Assembly: GCF_009914755.1 (NCBI RefSeq)
Contig: NC_060934.1
DNA: 64,000 bases
Direction: 5' to 3' (one strand)
DNA from: the human T2T-CHM13v2.0 reference genome, Homo sapiens
A model generated the notes under the pieces. It was given only the letters and a program-made list of their open reading frames with translations, was not told where the DNA came from and ran no database searches. The position numbers and the translations under genes were made by a program. Shown one piece after another: positions 34,801 through 47,860 of this stretch (position 1 is the stretch's first letter; each line of letters begins with the position of its first letter).

Positions 34801-37800
34801 GATTTCAAGCGATTTGACGCCAATCTTAGACATGGAAATATCTTCATATTAAAAGTACACAGAATCATTCGTAGAAACTAGTTTGTGATGTGTGCCTTCA
34901 ACTCACAGAGTTTAACCTTTCTTTTCATAGAGCAGTTCGGAAACACTCTATTTGTAAAGTCTGCAAGTGGATATTTGGACCTCTTTGAGGCCATCGTTGG
35001 AAAAGGGATTTCTTCATATAACGCTAGACAGAAGAATTTTCAGTAACTTCTTTGTGTTGTGTGTATTCAACTCACAGGGTTCAACTTTTCTTTAGAGAGA
35101 GCAGGGTTGAAACACTCTTTTTGTGGAATTTGCTAGTGCAGATTTCAAACGCTTCGAAGACAGTGATAGCAAAGGATATATCTTCGTATTAAAACTAGAC
35201 AAAATCATTCTCAGAAAACACTTTGTGATGTGTGTGTTCAACTCACAGAGTTTAACCTTTCTTTAATCGAGCAGTTTGGAAATACACTCTTTGTAAGTCT
35301 GCAGGTGGATAATTGGCCCTCTTTGAGCCCTTCGTTGGAAACGGGATTTCCTCATATAATGCTAGACAGAAGAATTCTCAGTAACTTCTTTGTGTTGTTT
35401 GTATTCAACTCACAGATTTGAACCTTCCTTTAGAGAGAGCAGATTTGAAACACTCTGTTTTTGGAATTTGCAAGTGCAGATTTCAAGCGATTCTAGGCCT
35501 ATGGCAGAAAAGGAAATATCTTCGTATAAAAACTACACAGAATCATTCTCAACAACTACTTTGTGATGTGTGCGTTCAACTCACAGAGTTTAACCTTTCT
35601 TTTCATAGAGCAGTTTGGAAACACTCTGTTTGTAAAGCCTGCAAGTGCTTTTTTGGACTTCATTGAGGCCTTCGTTGGAAACGGGATTTCTTCATATAAT
35701 GCTAGACAGAAGAATTCTCAGTCACTTCTTTGTGTTGTGTGTATTCAAGTCACAGAGTTGAACCTTCTTTTAGACAGAGCAGTTTTGAAAAATTCTTTCT
35801 GTGGAATTTGCAATTGGAGATTTTAAGAGATTTGAGGCTAATCTTTGAAATGGAAATATCTTCGTGTAAAAACTACACAGAATCATTCTCAGAAACTGCT
35901 TTGTTATCTGTGCGTTCAGTTCACAGAGTTTCACCTTTCTCTTCATAGAGCAGTTTGGAAAGACTCTGTCTGTAAAGTCTGCAAGTGATTAGTTAGACCC
36001 CTTTGAGGCCTTCGTTGGAAGCGGGATTTCTCATTTACTGCTAGACAGAAGAATTCTCAGTAAATCCTTTGTGTTGTGTGTATTCAACTCACAGAGTGGA
36101 ACCTTCCTTTATTCAGAGCAGTTTTGAAAAACACTTTTTGTGGAATTTGCAAGTGGAGATTTCAAGCGATTTGATGCCAATCTTAGACATGGAAATATCT
36201 TCATATTAAAAGTACACAGAGTCATTCGTAGAAACTAGTTTGTGATGTGTGCCTTCAACTCACAGAGTTTAACCTTTCTTTTCATAGAGCAGTTGGGAAA
36301 CACTCTATTTGTAAAGTCTGCAAGTGGATATTTGGACCTCTTTGAGGCCTTCGTTGGAAATGGGATTTCTTCATACAACACTAGACAGAAGAATTCTCAG
36401 TAACTTCTTTGTGTTGTGTGTATTCAACTCACAGAGTTGAACCTTTCTTTAGAGAGAGCAGAGTTGAAACACTCTGTTTTTGGAATTTGCAAGTGCAGAT
36501 TTCAAGCGATTCTAGGCCTATGGCAGGAAAGGAAATATCTTCGTATAAAAACTACACAGAATCATTCTCAACAACTACTTTGTGATGTGTGCGTTCAACT
36601 CACAAAGTTTAACCTTTCTTTTCATAGAGCAGTTTGGAAACACGCTGTTTGTAAAGCCTGCAAGTGCTTTTTTGGACTTCATTGAGGCCTTCGTTGGAAA
36701 CGGGATTTCTTCATATAATGCTAGACAGAAGAATTCTCAGTAAATCATTTGTGTTGCGTTTATTCAACTCACAGAGTGGAACCTTCCTTTATTCAGAGCA
36801 GTTTTGAAACACTCTTTTTGTGGAATTTGCAAGTGGAGATTTCAAGCGATTTGACGCCAATCTTAGACATGGAAATATCTTCATATTAAAAGTACACAGA
36901 ATCATTCGTAGAAACTAGTTTGTGATGTGTGCCTTCAACTCACAGAGTTTAACCTTTCTTTTCATAGAGCAGTTCGGAAACACTCTATTTGTAAAGTCTG
37001 CAAGTGGATATTTGGACCTCTTTGAGGCCATCGTTGGAAAAGGGATTTCTTCATATAACGCTAGACAGAAGAATTTTCAGTAACTTCTTTGTATTGTGTG
37101 TATTCAACTCACAGAGTTCAACTTTTCTTTAGAGAGAGCAGAGTTGAAACACTCTTTTTGTGGAATTTGCTAGTGCAGATTTCAAACGCTTCGAAGACAG
37201 TGATAGCAAAGGATATATCTTCGTATTAAAACTAGACAAAATCATTCTCAGAAAACACTTTGTGATGTGTGTGTTCAACTCACAGAGTTTAACCTTTCTT
37301 TAATCGAGCAGTTTGGAAATACACTCTTTGTAAGTCTGCAGGTGGATAATTGGCCCTCTTTGAGCCCTTCGTTGGAAACGGGATTTCCTCATATAATGCT
37401 AGACAGAAGAATTCTCAGTAACTTCTTTGTGTTGTTTGTATTCAACTCACAGATTTGAACCTTCCTTTAGAGAGAGCAGATTTGAAACACTCTGTTTTTG
37501 GAATTTGCAAGTGCAGATTTCAAGCGCTTCTAGGCCTATGGCAGAAAAGGAAATATCTTCGTATAAAAACTACACAGAATCATTCTCAACAACTACTTTG
37601 TGATGTGTGCGTTCAACTCCCAGAGTTTAACCTTTCTTTTCATAGAGCAGTTTGGAAACACTCTGTTTGTAAAGCCTGCAAGTGCTTTTTTGGACTTCAT
37701 TGAGGCCTTCGTTGGAAACGGGATTTCTTCATATAATGCTAGACAGAAGAATTCTCAGTCACTTCTTTGTGTTGTGTGTATTCAAGTCACAGAGTTGAAC

Positions 37801-40800
37801 CTTCTTTTAGACAGAGCAGTTTTGAAAAATTCTTTCTGTGGAATTTGCAATTGGAGATTTTAAGAGATTTGAGGCTAATCTTTGAAATGGAAATATCTTC
37901 GTGTAAAAACTACACAGAATCATTCTCAGAAACTGCTTTGTTATCTGTGCGTTCAGTTCACAGAGTTTCACCTTTCTCTTCATAGAGCAGTTTGGAAAGA
38001 CTCTGTCTGTAAAGTCTGCAAGTGATTAGTTAGACCCCTTTGAGGCCTTCGTTGGAAGCGGGATTTCTCATTTACTGCTAGACAGAAGAATTCTCAGTAA
38101 ATCCTTTGTGTTGTGTGTATTCAACTCACAGAGTGGAACCTTCCTTTATTCAGAGCAGTTTTGAAAAACACTTTTTGTGGAATTTGCAAGTGGAGATTTC
38201 AAGCGATTTGATGCCAATCTTAGACATGGAAATATCTTCATATTAAAAGTACACAGAGTCATTCGTAGAAACTAGTTTGTGATGTGTGCCTTCAACTCAC
38301 AGAGTTTAACCTTTCTTTTCATAGAGCAGTTGGGAAACACTCTATTTGTAAAGTCTGCAAGTGGATATTTGGACCTCTTTGAGGCCTTCGTTGGAAATGG
38401 GATTTCTTCATACAACACTAGACAGAAGAATTCTCAGTAACTTCTTTGTGTTGTGTGTATTCAACTCACAGAGTTGAACCTTTCTTTAGAGAGAGCAGAG
38501 TTGAAACACTCTGTTTTTGGAATTTGCAAGTGCAGATTTCAAGCGATTCTAGGCCTATGGCAGGAAAGGAAATATCTTCGTATAAAAACTACACAGAATC
38601 ATTCTCAACAACTACTTTGTGATGTGTGCGTTCAACTCACAAAGTTTAACCTTTCTTTTCATAGAGCAGTTTGGAAACACGCTGTTTTTAAAGCCTGCAA
38701 GTGCTTTTTTGGACTTCATTGAGGCCTTCGTTGGAAACGGGATTTCTTCATATAATGCTAGACAGAAGAATTCTCAGTAAATCATTTGTGTTGCGTTTAT
38801 TCAACTCACAGAGTGGAACCTTCCTTTATTCAGAGCAGTTTTGAAACACTCTTTTTGTGGAATTTGCAAGTGGAGATTTCAAGCGATTTGACGCCAATCT
38901 TAGACATGGAAATATCTTCATATTAAAAGTACACAGAATCATTCGTAGAAACTAGTTTGTGATGTGTGCCTTCAACTCACAGAGTTTAACCTTTCTTTTC
39001 ATAGAGCAGTTCGGAAACACTCTATTTGTAAAGTCTGCAAGTGGATATTTGGACCTCTTTGAGGCCATCGTTGGAAAAGGGATTTCTTCATATAACGCTA
39101 GACAGAAGAATTTTCAGTAACTTCTTTGTGTTGTGTGTATTCAACTCACAGAGTTCAACTTTTCTTTAGAGAGAGCAGAGTTGAAACACTCTTTTTGTGG
39201 AATTTGCTAGTGCAGATTTCAAACGCTTCGAAGACAGTGATAGCAAAGGATATATCTTCGTATTAAAACTAGACAAAATCATTCTCAGAAAACACTTTGT
39301 GATGTGTGTGTTCAACTCACAGAGTTTAACCTTTCTTTAATCGAGCAGTTTGGAAATACACTCTTTGTAAGTCTGCAGGTGGATAATTGGCCCTCTTTGA
39401 GCCCTTCGTTGGAAACGGGATTTCCTCATATAATGCTAGACAGAAGAATTCTCAGTAACTTCTTTGTGTTGTTTGTATTCAACTCACAGATTTGAACCTT
39501 CCTTTAGAGAGAGCAGATTTGAAACACTCTGTTTTTGGAATTTGCAAGTGCAGATTTCAAGCGCTTCTAGGCCTATGGCAGAAAAGGAAATATCTTCGTA
39601 TAAAAACTACACAGAATCATTCTCAACAACTACTTTGTGATGTGTGCGTTCAACTCCCAGAGTTTAACCTTTCTTTTCATAGAGCAGTTTGGAAACACTC
39701 TGTTTGTAAAGCCTGCAAGTGCTTTTTTGGACTTCATTGAGGCCTTCGTTGGAAACGGGATTTCTTCATATAATGCTAGACAGAAGAATTCTCAGTCACT
39801 TCTTTGTGTTGTGTGTATTCAAGTCACAGAGTTGAACCTTCCTTTAGACAGAGTAGTTTTGAAAAATTCTTTCTGTGGAGTTTGCAAGTGGAGATTTCAA
39901 GCGATTTGAGGCTAATCTTTGAAATGGAAATATCTTCGTGTAAAAACTATACAGAAGCATTCTCAGAAACTGCTTTGTCATCTGTGCGTTCAGTTCACAG
40001 AGTTTCACCTTTCTCTTCATAGAGCAGTTTGGAAAGACTCTGTCTTTAAAGTCTGCAAGTGATTAGTTAGACCCCTTTGAGGCCTTCGTTGGAAGCGGGA
40101 CTTCTCATTTACTGCTAGACAGAAGAATTCTCAGTAAATCCTTTGTGTTGTGTGTATTCAACTCACAGAGTGGAACCTTCCTTTATTCAGAGCAGTTTTG
40201 AAAAACACTTTTAGTGGAATTTGCAAGTGGAGATTTCAAGCGATTTGACGCCAATCTTAGACATGGAAATATCTTCATATTAAAAGTACACAGAGTCATT
40301 CGTAGAAACTAGTTTGTGATGTGTGCCTTCAACTCACAGTTTAACCTTTCTTTTCATAGAGCAGTTGGGAAACACTCTATTTGTAAAGTCTGCAAGTGGA
40401 TATTTGGACCTCTTTGAGACCTTCGTTGGAAACGGGATTTCTTCATATAACGCTAGACAGAAGAATTCTCAGTAACTTCTTTGTGTTGCGTGTATTCAAC
40501 TCACCGAGTTGAACCTTTCTTTAGAGATAGCAGAGTTGAAACACTCTTCTTGTGGAATTTGCTAGTGTAGATTTCAAACGCTTCGAAGACAGTGATAGAA
40601 AAGGATATATCTTCGTATTAAAACTAGACAAAATCATTCTCTGAAAACACTTTGTGATGTGTGTGTTCAACTCACAGAGTTTAACCTTTCTTTAATCGAG
40701 CAGTTTGGAAATACACTCTTTGTAAGTCTGCAGGTGTATAATTGGCCCTCTTTGAGCCCTTCGTTGGAAACGGGATTTCCTCATATAATGCTAGACAGAA

Positions 40801-43800
40801 GAATTCTCAGTAACTTCTTTGTGTTGTTTGTATTCAACTCACAGATTTGAACCTTCCTTTAGAGAGAGCAGATTTGAAACACTCTGTTTTTGGAATTTGC
40901 AAGTGCAGATTTAAAGCGCTTCTAGGCCTATGGCAGAAAAGGAAATATCTTCGTATAAAAACTACACAGAATCATTCTCAACAACTACTTTGTGATGTGT
41001 GCGTTCAACTCACAGAGTTTAACCTTTCTTTTCATAGAGCAGTTTGGAAACACTCTGTTTGTAAAGCCTGCAAGTGCTTTTTTGGACTTCATTGAGGCCT
41101 TCGTTGGAAACGGGATTTCTTCATATAATGCTAGACAGAAGAATTCTCAGTCACTTCTTTGTGTTGTGTGTATTCAAGTCACAGAGTTGAACCTTCTTTT
41201 AGACAGAGCAGTTTTGAAAAATTCTTTCTGTGGAATTTGCAAGTGGAGATTTCAAGCGATTTGAGGCTAATCTTTGAAATGGAAATATCTTCGTGTCAAA
41301 ACTACACAGAATCATTCTCAGAAACTGCTTTGTTATCTGTGTGTTCAGTTCACAGAGTTTCACCTTTCTCTTCATAGAGCAGTTTGGAAAGACTCTGTCT
41401 GTAAAGTCTGCAAGTGATTAGTTAGACCCCTTTGAGGCCTTCGTTGGAAGCGGGATTTCTCATTTACTGCTAGACAGAAGAATTCTCAGTAAATCCTTTG
41501 TGTTGTGTGTATTCAACTCACAGAGTGGAACCTTCCTTTATTCAGAGCAGTTTTGAAAAACACTTTTTGTGGAATTTGCAAGTGGAGATTTCAAGCGATT
41601 TGACGCCAATCTTAGACATGGAAAAATCTTCATATTAAAAGTACACAGAGTCATTCGTAGAAACTAGTTTGTGATGTGTGCCTTCAACTCACAGAGTTTA
41701 ACTTTTCTTTTCATAGAGCAGTTTGGAAACACTCTGTTTGTAAAGTCTGCAAGTGGATATTTGGACCTCTTTGAGGCCTTCGTTGGAAACGGGATTTCTT
41801 CATACAACGCTAGACAGAAGAATTCTCAGTAACTTCTTTGTGTTGTGTGTATTCAACTCACAGAGTTGAACCTTTCTTTAGAGAGAGCAGAGTTGAAACA
41901 CTCTGTTTTTGGAATTTGCAAGTGCAGATTTCAAGCCATTCTAGGCCTATGGCAGAAAAGGAAATATCTTCGTATAAAAACTACACAGAATCATTCTCAA
42001 CAACTACTTTGTGATGTGTGCGTTCAACTCACAAAGTTTAACCTTTCTTTTCATAGAGAAGTTTGGAAACACTCTGTTTGTAAAGCCTGCAAGTGCTTTT
42101 TTGGACTTCATTGAGGCCTTCGTTGGAAACGGGATTTCTTCATATAATGCTAGACAGAAGAATTCTCAGTAAGTCCTTTGTGTTGTGTTTATTCAACTCA
42201 CAGAGTGGAACCTTCCTTTATTCAGAGCAGTTTTGAAACACTCTTTTTGTGGAATTTGCAAGTGGAGATTTCAAGCGATTTGACGCCAATCTTAGACATG
42301 GAAATATCTTCATATTAAAAGTACACAGAATCATTCGTAGAAACTAGTTTGTGTTGTGTGCCTTCAACTCACAGAGTTTAACCTTTCTTTTCATAGAGCA
42401 GTTCGGAAACATTCTATTTGTAAAGTCTGCAAGTGGATATTTGGAACTCTTTGAGGCCTTCGTTGGAAAAGGGATTTCTTCATATAACGCTAGACAGAAG
42501 AATTCTCAGTAACTTCTTTGTGTTGTGTGTATTCAACTCACAGAGTTGAACCTTTCTTTAGAGAGAGCAGAGTTGAAACACTCTTTTTGTGGAATTTGCT
42601 AGTGCAGATTTCAAACGCTTCGAAGACAGTGATAGAAAAGGATATATCTTCGTATTAAAACTAGACAAAATCATTCTCAGAAAACACTTTGTGATGTGTG
42701 TGTTCAACTCACACAGTTTAACCTTTCTTTAATCGAGCAGTTTGGAAATACACTCTTTGTAAGTCTGCAGGTGGATAATTGGCCCTCTTTGAGCCCTTCA
42801 TTGGAAACGGGATTTCCTCATATAATGCTAGACAGAAGAATTCTCAGTAACTTCTTTGTGTTGTTTGTATTCAACTCACAGATTTGAACCTTCCTTTAGA
42901 GAGAGCAGATTTGAAACACTCTGTTTTTGGAATTTGCAAGTGCAGATTTCAAGCGCTTCTAGGCCTATGGCAGAAAAGGAAATATCTTCGTATAAAAACT
43001 ACACAGAATCATTCTCAACAACTACTTTGTGATGTGTGCGTTCAACTCACAGAGTTTAACCTTTCTTTTCATAGAGCAGTTTGGAAACACTCTGTTTGTA
43101 AAGCCTGCAAGTGCTTTTTTGGACTTCATTGAGGCCTTCGTTGGAAACGGGATTTCTTCATATAATGCTAGACAGAAGAATTCTCAGTCACTTCTTTGTG
43201 TTGTGTGTATTCAAGTCACAGAGTTGAACCTTCCTTTAGACAGAGCAGTTTTGAAAAATTCTTTCTGTGGAATTTGCAAGTGGAGATTTCAAGCGATTTG
43301 AGGCTAATCTTTGAAATGGAAATATCTTCGTGTAAAAACTACACAGAATCATTCTCAGAAACTGCTTTGTCATCTGTGCGTTCAGTTCACAGAGTTTCAC
43401 CTTTCTCTTCATACAGCAGTTTGGAAAGACTCTGTCTGTAAAGTCTGCAAGTGATTAGTTAGACCCCTTTGAGGCCTTCGTTGGAAGCGGGATTTCTCAT
43501 TTACTGCTAGACAGAAGAATTCTCAGTAAATCCTTTGTGTTGTGTGTATTCAACTCACAGAGTGGAACCTTCCTTTATTCAGAGCAGTTTTCAAACACTC
43601 TTTTTGTGGAATTTGCAAGTGGAGATTTCAAGCGATTTGACGCCAATCTTAGACATGGAAATATCTTCATATTAAAAGTACACAGAGTCATTCGTAGAAA
43701 CTAGTTTGTGATGTGTGCCTTCAACTCACAGAGTTTAACCTTTCTTTTCATAGAGCAGTTGGGAAACACTCTATTTGTAAAGTCTGCAAGTGGATATTTG

Positions 43801-46800
43801 GACCTCTTTGAGGCCTTCGTTGGAAACGGGATTTCTTCATATAACGCTAGACAGAAGAATTCTCAGTAACTTCTTTGTGTTGTGTGTATTCAACTCACAG
43901 AGTTGAACCTTTCTTTAGAGGGAGCAGAGGTGAAACAGTCTTTTTGTGGAATTTGCCAGTGTAGATTTCAAACGCTTCGAAGTCAGTGATAGAAAAGGAT
44001 ATATCTTCGTATTAAAAGTAGACAAATTCATTCTCAGAAAACTCTTTGTGATGTGTGTGTTCAACTCACAGAGTTTAACCTTTCTTTAATCGAGCAGTTT
44101 GGAAATACACTCTTTGTAAGTCTGCAGGTGGATATTTGGCCCTCTTTGAGCCCTTCTTTGGAAACGGGATTTCCTCTTATAATGCTAGACAGAAGAATTC
44201 TCAGTAACTTCTCTGTGTTGTTTGTATTCAACACACAGATTTGAACCTTCCTTTAGAGAGAGCAGATTTGAAACACTCTGTTTTTGGAATTTGCAAGTGC
44301 AGATTTCAAGCACTTCTAGGCCTATGGCAGAAAAGGAAATATCTTCGTATAAAAACTACACAGAATCATTCTCAACAACTACATTGTGATGTGTGCGTTC
44401 AACTCACAGAGTTTAACCTTTCTTTTCGTAGAGCAGTTTGGAAACACTCTGTTTGTAAAGCCTGCAAGTGCTTTTTTGGACTTCATTGAGGCCTTCGTTG
44501 GAAACGGGATTTCTTCATACAACGCTAGACAGAAGAATTCTCAGTTACTTCTTTGTGTTGTGTGTATTCAACTCACAGAGTTGAACCTTTCTTTAGAGAG
44601 AGCAGAGTTGAAACACTCTGTTTTTGGAATTTGCAAGTGCAGATTTCAAGCGCTTCTAGGCCTATGGCAGAAAAGGAAATATCTTCGTATAAAAACTACA
44701 CAGAATCATTCTCAACAACTACTTTGTGATGTGTGCGTTCAACTCACAGAGTTTAAACTTTCTTTTCATAGAGCAGTTTGGAAACACTCTGTTTGTAAAG
44801 CCTGCAAGTGCTTTTTTGGACTTCATTGAGGCCTTCGTTGGAAACGGGATTTCTTCATATAATGCTAGACAGAAGAATTCTCAGTCACTTCTTTGTGTTG
44901 TGTGTATTCAAGTCACAGAGTTGAACCTTCTTTTAGACAGAGCAGTTTTGAAAAATTCTTTCTGTGGAATTTGCAATTGGAGATTTTAAGAGATTTGAGG
45001 CTAATCTTTGAAATGGAAATATCTTCGTGTAAAAACTACACAGAATCATTCTCAGAAACTGCTTTGTTATCTGTGCGTTCAGTTCACAGAGTTTCACCTT
45101 TCTCTTCATAGAGCAGTTTGGAAAGACTCTGTCTGTAAAGTCTGCAAGTGATTAGTTAGACCCCATTGAGGCCTTCGTTGGAAGCGGGATTTCTCATTTA
45201 CTGCTAGACAGAAGAATTCTCAGTAAATCATTTGTGTTGCGTTTATTCAACTCACAGTGTGGAACCTTCCTTTATTCAGAGCAGTTTTGAAACACTCTTT
45301 TTGTGGAATTTGCAAGTGGAGATTTCAAGCGATTTGACGCCAATCTTAGACATGGAAATATCTTCATATTAAAAGTACACAGAATCATTCGTAGAAACTA
45401 GTTTGTGATGTGTGCCTTCAACTCACAGAGTTTAACCTTTCTTTTCATAGAGCAGTTCGGAAACACTCTATTTGTAAAGTCTGCAAGTGGATATTTGGAC
45501 CTCTTTGAGGCCATCGTTGGAAAAGGGATTTCTTCATATAACGCTAGACAGAAGAATTTTCAGTAACTTCTTTGTGTTGTGTGTATTCAACTCACAGAGT
45601 TCAACTTTTCTTTAGAGAGAGCAGGGTTGAAACACTCTTTTTGTGGAATTTGCTAGTGCAGATTTCAAACGCTTCGAAGACAGTGATAGCAAAGGATATA
45701 TCTTCGTATTAAAACTAGACAAAATCATTCTCAGAAAACACTTTGTGATGTGTGTGTTCAACTCACAGAGTTTAACCTTTCTTTAATCGAGCAGTTTGGA
45801 AATACACTCTTTGTAAGTCTGCAGGTGGATAATTGGCCCTCTTTGAGCCCTTCGTTGGAAACGGGATTTCCTCATATAATGCTAGACAGAAGAATTCTCA
45901 GTAACTTCTTTGTGTTGTTTGTATTCAACTCACAGATTTGAACCTTCCTTTAGAGAGAGCAGATTTGAAACACTCTGTTTTTGGAATTTGCAAGTGCAGA
46001 TTTCAAGCGATTCTAGGCCTATGGCAGAAAAGGAAATATCTTCGTATAAAAACTACACAGAATCATTCTCAACAACTACTTTGTGATGTGTGCGTTCAAC
46101 TCACAGAGTTTAACCTTTCTTTTCATAGAGCAGTTTGGAAACACTCTGTTTGTAAAGCCTGCAAGTGCTTTTTTGGACTTCATTGAGGCCTTCGTTGGAA
46201 ACGGGATTTCTTCATATAATGCTAGACAGAAGAATTCTCAGTCACTTCTTTGTGTTGTGTGTATTCAAGTCACAGAGTTGAACCTTCTTTTAGACAGAGC
46301 AGTTTTGAAAAATTCTTTCTGTGGAATTTGCAATTGGAGATTTTAAGAGATTTGAGGCTAATCTTTGAAATGGAAATATCTTCGTGTAAAAACTACACAG
46401 AATCATTCTCAGAAACTGCTTTGTTATCTGTGCGTTCAGTTCACAGAGTTTCACCTTTCTCTTCATAGAGCAGTTTGGAAAGACTCTGTCTGTAAAGTCT
46501 GCAAGTGATTAGTTAGACCCCTTTGAGGCCTTCGTTGGAAGCGGGATTTCTCATTTACTGCTAGACAGAAGAATTCTCAGTAAATCCTTTGTGTTGTGTG
46601 TATTCAACTCACAGAGTGGAACCTTCCTTTATTCAGAGCAGTTTTGAAAAACACTTTTTGTGGAATTTGCAAGTGGAGATTTCAAGCGATTTGATGCCAA
46701 TCTTAGACATGGAAATATCTTCATATTAAAAGTACACAGAGTCATTCGTAGAAACTAGTTTGTGATGTGTGCCTTCAACTCACAGAGTTTAACCTTTCTT

Positions 46801-47860
46801 TTCATAGAGCAGTTGGGAAACACTCTATTTGTAAAGTCTGCAAGTGGATATTTGGACCTCTTTGAGGCCTTCGTTGGAAATGGGATTTCTTCATACAACA
46901 CTAGACAGAAGAATTCTCAGTAACTTCTTTGTGTTGTGTGTATTCAACTCACAGAGTTGAACCTTTCTTTAGAGAGAGCAGAGTTGAAACACTCTGTTTT
47001 TGGAATTTGCAAGTGCAGATTTCAAGCGATTCTAGGCCTATGGCAGGAAAGGAAATATCTTCGTATAAAAACTACACAGAATCATTCTCAACAACTACTT
47101 TGTGATGTGTGCGTTCAACTCACAAAGTTTAACCTTTCTTTTCATAGAGCAGTTTGGAAACACGCTGTTTGTAAAGCCTGCAAGTGCTTTTTTGGACTTC
47201 ATTGAGGCCTTCGTTGGAAACGGGATTTCTTCATATAATGCTAGACAGAAGAATTCTCAGTAAATCATTTGTGTTGCGTTTATTCAACTCACAGAGTGGA
47301 ACCTTCCTTTATTCAGAGCAGTTTTGAAACACTCTTTTTGTGGAATTTGCAAGTGGAGATTTCAAGCGATTTGACGCCAATCTTAGACATGGAAATATCT
47401 TCATATTAAAAGTACACAGAATCATTCGTAGAAACTAGTTTGTGATGTGTGCCTTCAACTCACAGAGTTTAACCTTTCTTTTCATAGAGCAGTTCGGAAA
47501 CACTCTATTTGTAAAGTCTGCAAGTGGATATTTGGACCTCTTTGAGGCCATCGTTGGAAAAGGGATTTCTTCATATAACGCTAGACAGAAGAATTTTCAG
47601 TAACTTCTTTGTATTGTGTGTATTCAACTCACAGAGTTCAACTTTTCTTTAGAGAGAGCAGAGTTGAAACACTCTTTTTGTGGAATTTGCTAGTGCAGAT
47701 TTCAAACGCTTCGAAGACAGTGATAGCAAAGGATATATCTTCGTATTAAAACTAGACAAAATCATTCTCAGAAAACACTTTGTGATGTGTGTGTTCAACT
47801 CACAGAGTTTAACCTTTCTTTAATCGAGCAGTTTGGAAATACACTCTTTGTAAGTCTGCA
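28870..47860 (+). repeat. Large block duplication, offset 10520 bp (~28.9-37.3 kb vs ~39.4-47.9 kb)
   Basis: Same unit order and same private SNVs at +10520: TTTTCGTAGAG 33907/44427, CACAGTGTGG ~34738/45258, GTATTGTGTG 37091/47611. Confidence 0.9.
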
